DNA from: Treponema sp.
GTDB lineage: Bacteria; Spirochaetota; Spirochaetia; Treponematales; Breznakiellaceae
NCBI GenBank assembly: GCA_031270205.1
Contig: JAISYA010000055.1
Location: forward strand, 1-46,767
Direction of reading: 5' to 3'
DNA: 46,767 bases
The notes under the pieces are model-generated. The model was not told the DNA's origin, did not search any database, and saw only the letters and a list, made by a program, of their open reading frames with translations. Made by a program: the position numbers and the translations under genes. Below, piece by piece: positions 42,811 through 46,767 of this stretch. How positions within the stretch are numbered: position 1 is the first letter of the stretch; every line of letters starts with the position of its first letter.

Positions 42811-42844
42811 TATATATGGCGCGAAGCTGTGTGGCGCTTTAGTG
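42811..42844 (-). promoter_or_regulatory. Conserved bipartite box upstream of comF (candidate competence promoter)
   Basis: CACTAAAGCGCC-N9-CGCGCCATATATA; overlaps the dinB stop codon; identical blocks to 6269-6302. Confidence 0.7.
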
Positions 42845-44038
42845 GTTAAATTCTTTTTGCCAGGTATCCTCAAGGCAGGAACGGCCTCTTCGCAGGGCGG
42901 CTTTGGGGAATTTTTTGTTGATCTCAAGAATTGCCTCCTCAAGATGCCGTTCCTTTTCAGCCTGGGGAGTTCCCCCGTCAAACAGTTCCCCCTGGCGGGC
43001 GCTCTGTGTTTCAAGGTTCATAAGGCCCGCGCCGAGGAGCCGCACGCCTCTTCCGCTTCGGTACTTTTGCTGAAAGAGGGCGAGGAGCCGCTCGTACAGT
43101 TCGCTGAAACTGCGCACCGGATTCTCAAACGTCTTTCTGCCGCTTTCGGTGGAAAAATCCCCATAGCGGATTTTGACGGAAACCGTGCGGCTGTGCCAGC
43201 GGCAGTCAAGGAGCCGCCACATAAGGTCCTGGCAAATATCAAAGAGGGCCGTTTCCATGGCAAACGTGTCGTAAAGATCAAACGCGAAAGTACGCTCGGC
43301 GCTCATGGAACGGCTTCCCCGTTCCTCGTTAAAAGCCGCAGCCGCCTCTCCCCTGACCGCCCGGTAAAGGAAGAGGCCCATGGCGTCCCCGAAAATGGCG
43401 GCGAGGACTTTTCCTGAAAGCCGGTACAGGTCTTCGCCCGTTGTAAGGCCGTGCTTTTCGAACAGTTCCCGGGTCCTCGGCCCCGCGCCCCAGATTTTCC
43501 CCACGGGCAGGGCGCGCATGAACGCTTCCCCGCCGCCGTTTTCAAGCGCCGAAAGACCGTCGGGTTTGGAAAGGCCCGAAACGATTTTCGCCAGGTATTT
43601 GTTTTCGGCGATGCCCACGGAAACGGTCAGGCCCGTTTCGGCGCGGACCCGCTCTTTCAGTTTTTTCGCCAGCGCCACAGGCGGGCCGAAAAGCCCTTGG
43701 GCGCCGGTAATGTCCAGAAAGGCCTCGTCAATGGAAAGCTGTTGCACGTCGGGGGAGAAGCTGCCGAAAACCGCCATGATCTCGCGGGATTTCTCGCGGT
43801 AACGGTCCATTCTGCCCCGCAGGAAAATCCCCTGGGGGCAGAGCCTCAGCGCCTCGGCTACGGGCATGGCCGAATGGACGCCGAAAACGCGCGCCTCGTA
43901 GGACGCGGTTGACACCACGCTCCGCCGGTCGCCGGGAAGTCCGCCGACGATCACCGGCTTGCCCCGGTATTCGCTATGGTCAAGCTGTTCCACCGAGGCG
44001 TAGAAGGCGTCAAGGTCCGCGTGTATAAAGCAGGACAT
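42839..44038 (-). CDS. dinB: DNA polymerase IV (Y family)
   Basis: HADLDAFYASVE, STASYEAR.FGV.SAM, SIDEAFLD. Confidence 0.95.
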   Translation of the reverse strand: MSCFIHADLDAFYASVEQLDHSEYRGKPVIVGGLPGDRRSVVSTASYEARVFGVHSAMPVAEALRLCPQGIFLRGRMDRYREKSREIMAVFGSFSPDVQQLSIDEAFLDITGAQGLFGPPVALAKKLKERVRAETGLTVSVGIAENKYLAKIVSGLSKPDGLSALENGGGEAFMRALPVGKIWGAGPRTRELFEKHGLTTGEDLYRLSGKVLAAIFGDAMGLFLYRAVRGEAAAAFNEERGSRSMSAERTFAFDLYDTFAMETALFDICQDLMWRLLDCRWHSRTVSVKIRYGDFSTESGRKTFENPVRSFSELYERLLALFQQKYRSGRGVRLLGAGLMNLETQSARQGELFDGGTPQAEKERHLEEAILEINKKFPKAALRRGRSCLEDTWQKEFNH

Positions 44039-44123
44039 AGAAACAGGGTACGCAGTAAAAGGAAAAAAGTGAAGGTATCAACCTACTAGCAGCCGCGGGC
44101 AATTCGTGTTTATAATTGATGCA

Positions 44124-44975
44124 GTGGTCATCAAGCTGGAACACGTTTCCTATTCCTATCCCCGAAGCGGAGCGCGGGCGCTAAAAGACATCAGTCTCGA
44201 AATAGGGGAGGGGGAGTTTTTGGCGGTGATGGGGGAAAACGGCGCCGGCAAGACCACTTTCTGCAAACTGTTTAACGGCTGTATTCCGCACTCACAGGGC
44301 GGGGAACTTGCGGGAACGGTGACGGTAGACGGCCTTGTTACCGCGGATTCGGCAATGGCCGCGCTGGCGGGCCGGGTGGGGATGGTGCTGGATGATCCTG
44401 AGACCCAGCTTTTTACCGCGAGCGTCCGCGACGAGGCGGCTTTTGGGCCGGAAAACCTCCTGATGTCCCCGGCGGAAATTGAGGAACGGGTTGCCCTGGC
44501 GCTGGAAATAACGGGGCTTTCCGAATACGCCGGTTTGCCCCCGGCCTCGCTTTCCGGGGGGCAGAAGCAGCGCCTTGCCATAGCCGCGGCTCTGGCCCAG
44601 GCCAGCCGCGTGCTGGTGCTGGATGAACCGACTTCGCAGCTTGACCCCGCGGGGGCGCGGGAGGTTCTTTCGCTTGTCCTGAGGATTCGGGAGCGGCGCC
44701 GTATGGCGGTGATAATGGCCACCCACAACAGCGAGGAAGCCGCCGGGTTTGCCGACAGGGTGTGCGTCCTCAAAAACGGGAGCGTCGCGGCCTGCGGCGC
44801 GCCCCGCGATATTTTCAACGACAGAGAACTGCTGCGGGATAACTGGATAAGGCCCCCGGATGTGTCCGCTCTGGCGCACTATCTGGACGAGCGGGGGGAG
44901 CGGCTGCCGTTTTTTCCGGCGCGCTTGGGTGAAGCCGCCGCCGCGGTGATCGAATGGCTGGGGAATGGCGGATAA
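44124..44975 (+). CDS. ECF transporter ATPase (EcfA/CbiO-like)
   Basis: GENGAGKT, LSGGQKQR, LVLDEPT; GTG start chosen 7 nt after TATAAT (alternative start 44106). Confidence 0.9.
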   Translation: MVIKLEHVSYSYPRSGARALKDISLEIGEGEFLAVMGENGAGKTTFCKLFNGCIPHSQGGELAGTVTVDGLVTADSAMAALAGRVGMVLDDPETQLFTASVRDEAAFGPENLLMSPAEIEERVALALEITGLSEYAGLPPASLSGGQKQRLAIAAALAQASRVLVLDEPTSQLDPAGAREVLSLVLRIRERRRMAVIMATHNSEEAAGFADRVCVLKNGSVAACGAPRDIFNDRELLRDNWIRPPDVSALAHYLDERGERLPFFPARLGEAAAAVIEWLGNGG

Positions 44976-45852
44976 CAGACGGATGATAATGAAACAGGCC
45001 CCGGAAGTTCCGGCTGTCAAAATCGATCATTTGAGTTTTTCCTACGACAGCCGCGGCGGGGGAGCGTCCGCGCTTGAAGACATCAGCCTCTCCATTGCGG
45101 ATAACGAATTTACCGCGATTATCGGGCAGAACGGGGCGGGAAAAACAACGCTCCTGAAAAATCTGACCGGCCTCCTGCGTCCCCGGACGGGGGATATTTT
45201 TATCCGGGGAAAAAACGCGCGGGATATGTCCGTATCGGCAATATCAGCCGAGATCGGCTTTGTTATGCAAAACCCGGACCGTCAGCTTTTTGCCGATACG
45301 GTATACGATGAGGCGGCCTTTGCCCTGCGAAACAGAGGCTTGTCCGAAGCGGAGATAAAGCCCAGGGTGGAAGCGGCCCTGGACGCCGTGGGGCTTGCGG
45401 AGGAACGGGGAAGTTTCCCCATTGCCCTGGGCAGGGGGGAGCGGGCAAAGGTCGTTATCGCTTCGGTTTTGGCGATGGGATCAAAGATACTCATTTTTGA
45501 CGAGCCCGCCGCAGGGCAGGATTTCAGGAACAGCCGCCGCATCATGGACATTCTGCGGGAACTGCACGGCGGGGGCTATACGGTTATTTTTGTTACCCAT
45601 ATTATGTATCTGGCGGCCGAGTATGCCCGGCGGGTTATAGTGATGAAAGAAAAGCGTCCGGTGATGGACGGAACGGCGGCGGATATTTTCAGCCGCCCTG
45701 GGGAACTTGCGGCGGCCGGTATCCTGCCGCCGCAGATTACCCGGCTTGGCCGTGAACTGCGCGCGGAGATCCCTTTGCAAAAAGATCCCCTGAGCGCCGC
45801 CGAGTTAGGTGATATGCTGCTGACTCTGAAACGGGGCGGCAGCGGGGCCTGA
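44965..45852 (+). CDS. ECF transporter ATPase (EcfA'-like)
   Basis: GQNGAGKT, MQNPD.QLF, degenerate signature LGRGE, FDEP..GQD. Confidence 0.9.
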   Translation: MADNRRMIMKQAPEVPAVKIDHLSFSYDSRGGGASALEDISLSIADNEFTAIIGQNGAGKTTLLKNLTGLLRPRTGDIFIRGKNARDMSVSAISAEIGFVMQNPDRQLFADTVYDEAAFALRNRGLSEAEIKPRVEAALDAVGLAEERGSFPIALGRGERAKVVIASVLAMGSKILIFDEPAAGQDFRNSRRIMDILRELHGGGYTVIFVTHIMYLAAEYARRVIVMKEKRPVMDGTAADIFSRPGELAAAGILPPQITRLGRELRAEIPLQKDPLSAAELGDMLLTLKRGGSGA

Positions 45853-45957
45853 AGGACCTGCGCGGGGGATGCGCCGCATTGGTTCATCAACACGGCTTGC
45901 GCCGTGCGTTTACCGGGCGGGGGAGAGTTCCGCCTTTTATACATTAAGGAAGCGTCT

Positions 45958-46728
45958 ATGGCAAATGAAATGGAAAGCAAACGAACGCCGCCTGTTCCGG
46001 GCAGGCTGCATCCCGCGGTTATGGCGGTGTGGGCGGCGGTAGTCGCCGTGGGGCATATACTGCCGACTATCCCGATACTTGGTACCGGCAGTACTTTTTC
46101 ACTCACCGCCGCACTATCTCCCCTGTCGGGGATTTTTTTCGGCCCCATCGCCGGGGCGCTCTGCTCCGCGGCCGGGGGTTTTATCGGCAGCCTTATCGCG
46201 CCCCATACGGCGTGGATGGGCATGGGCACTTTCATCATCGGGACTACCACGGCCTTTACATCGGGCTGCGCGGCCTGGGGCCGGCGGCCGCTTGTCAGCG
46301 TCGACGCCAGGGGCCGCCTTATCGTGAACGGCGGTATTATCGTGTATATCCTGGGAACGATTATTTGGTTTACCCAGGAAACAGGCCGCAGCGCGGCGCT
46401 TTTTCCCCTGGTTTACTACGGCCTGGGTTTTATCGCGCTCATTGCCGGGGGGCTTTTCGCCGGGACCATGCTTTCAAGCGGCAGGAAGGGACTCATGTTC
46501 CCCGCGGTCTGGTTATGCGCTTTCAGTGGTATGATCGGCGGGGCCACAGTGGGGAATTTCTTTTCGCTGATCCTGTATAAACTGCCGAAGGAACTTTGGC
46601 TGACCCTGACCGTGGCGGCTCCCCTGGAACGGGCCGCCTTTTCGTTAGGCGCAATGATCATCGGCGTGCCCCTCCTTGTCGGCCTGCCCAAAATCGGCGT
46701 TTTTGCGGGCCCCGGGGCGGATGAATGA
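45958..46728 (+). CDS. Integral membrane protein, probable ECF substrate-specific (S) component
   Basis: Multi-TM; GIFFGPIAGAL..A.GG motif typical of S-components; follows two ECF ATPases. Confidence 0.65.
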   Translation: MANEMESKRTPPVPGRLHPAVMAVWAAVVAVGHILPTIPILGTGSTFSLTAALSPLSGIFFGPIAGALCSAAGGFIGSLIAPHTAWMGMGTFIIGTTTAFTSGCAAWGRRPLVSVDARGRLIVNGGIIVYILGTIIWFTQETGRSAALFPLVYYGLGFIALIAGGLFAGTMLSSGRKGLMFPAVWLCAFSGMIGGATVGNFFSLILYKLPKELWLTLTVAAPLERAAFSLGAMIIGVPLLVGLPKIGVFAGPGADE

Positions 46729-46767
46729 GCCTCCGCGGGGCAGAGCTTCGCGGTATAGTCGTTGGGT
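46725..46767 (+). CDS. Possible start of the next gene (MSLRGAELRGIVVG...), truncated
   Basis: ATGA overlap with the preceding stop; frame open to the window end. Confidence 0.35.
   Translation, partial: MSLRGAELRGIVVG

Noticed and set aside
44039-44110. SOS/LexA box upstream of dinB
   Set aside because: No convincing palindrome matching a LexA motif I know.

Overview
GC-rich bacterial chromosomal segment. Gene content (Crp pair, DUF5312-like protein, MMPL/LolA-like/barrel operon, phoH-7TM-HD-ybeY-corC-TPR, repeat lipoprotein) points to a spirochete, most likely a non-pathogenic Treponema-like organism (inference). About 30 mostly housekeeping or metabolic CDSs: Crp, PHP, comM, TetR-MMPL export operon, DHH, M16 peptidase, yqeB, phoH operon, hydratase-AbrB-citC-citXG, OMP, GT4, hemerythrin, PfkB, glycerate kinase, PspA-like, murJ, comF, dinB and ECF. 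No rRNA, tRNA, CRISPR, integrase or transposase was found. The unusual signal is intergenic. (1) An identical bipartite box, CACTAAAGCGCC-N9-CGCGCCATATATA, lies directly upstream of both competence genes comM and comF, 36.5 kb apart; it is a candidate spirochete competence promoter. (2) An AT-rich integron-type gene cassette has a well-formed attC but no integrase, and a decayed copy of the same attC lies behind an AT-rich OMP gene. (3) That OMP has a poly-A tract in its promoter spacer and a highly structured leader. (4) Three unrelated 21-23 bp tandem arrays share a double-dyad, two-allele design. (5) Two families of dispersed palindromic or MITE-like elements occur. All family assignments come from motif recognition, not database searches.
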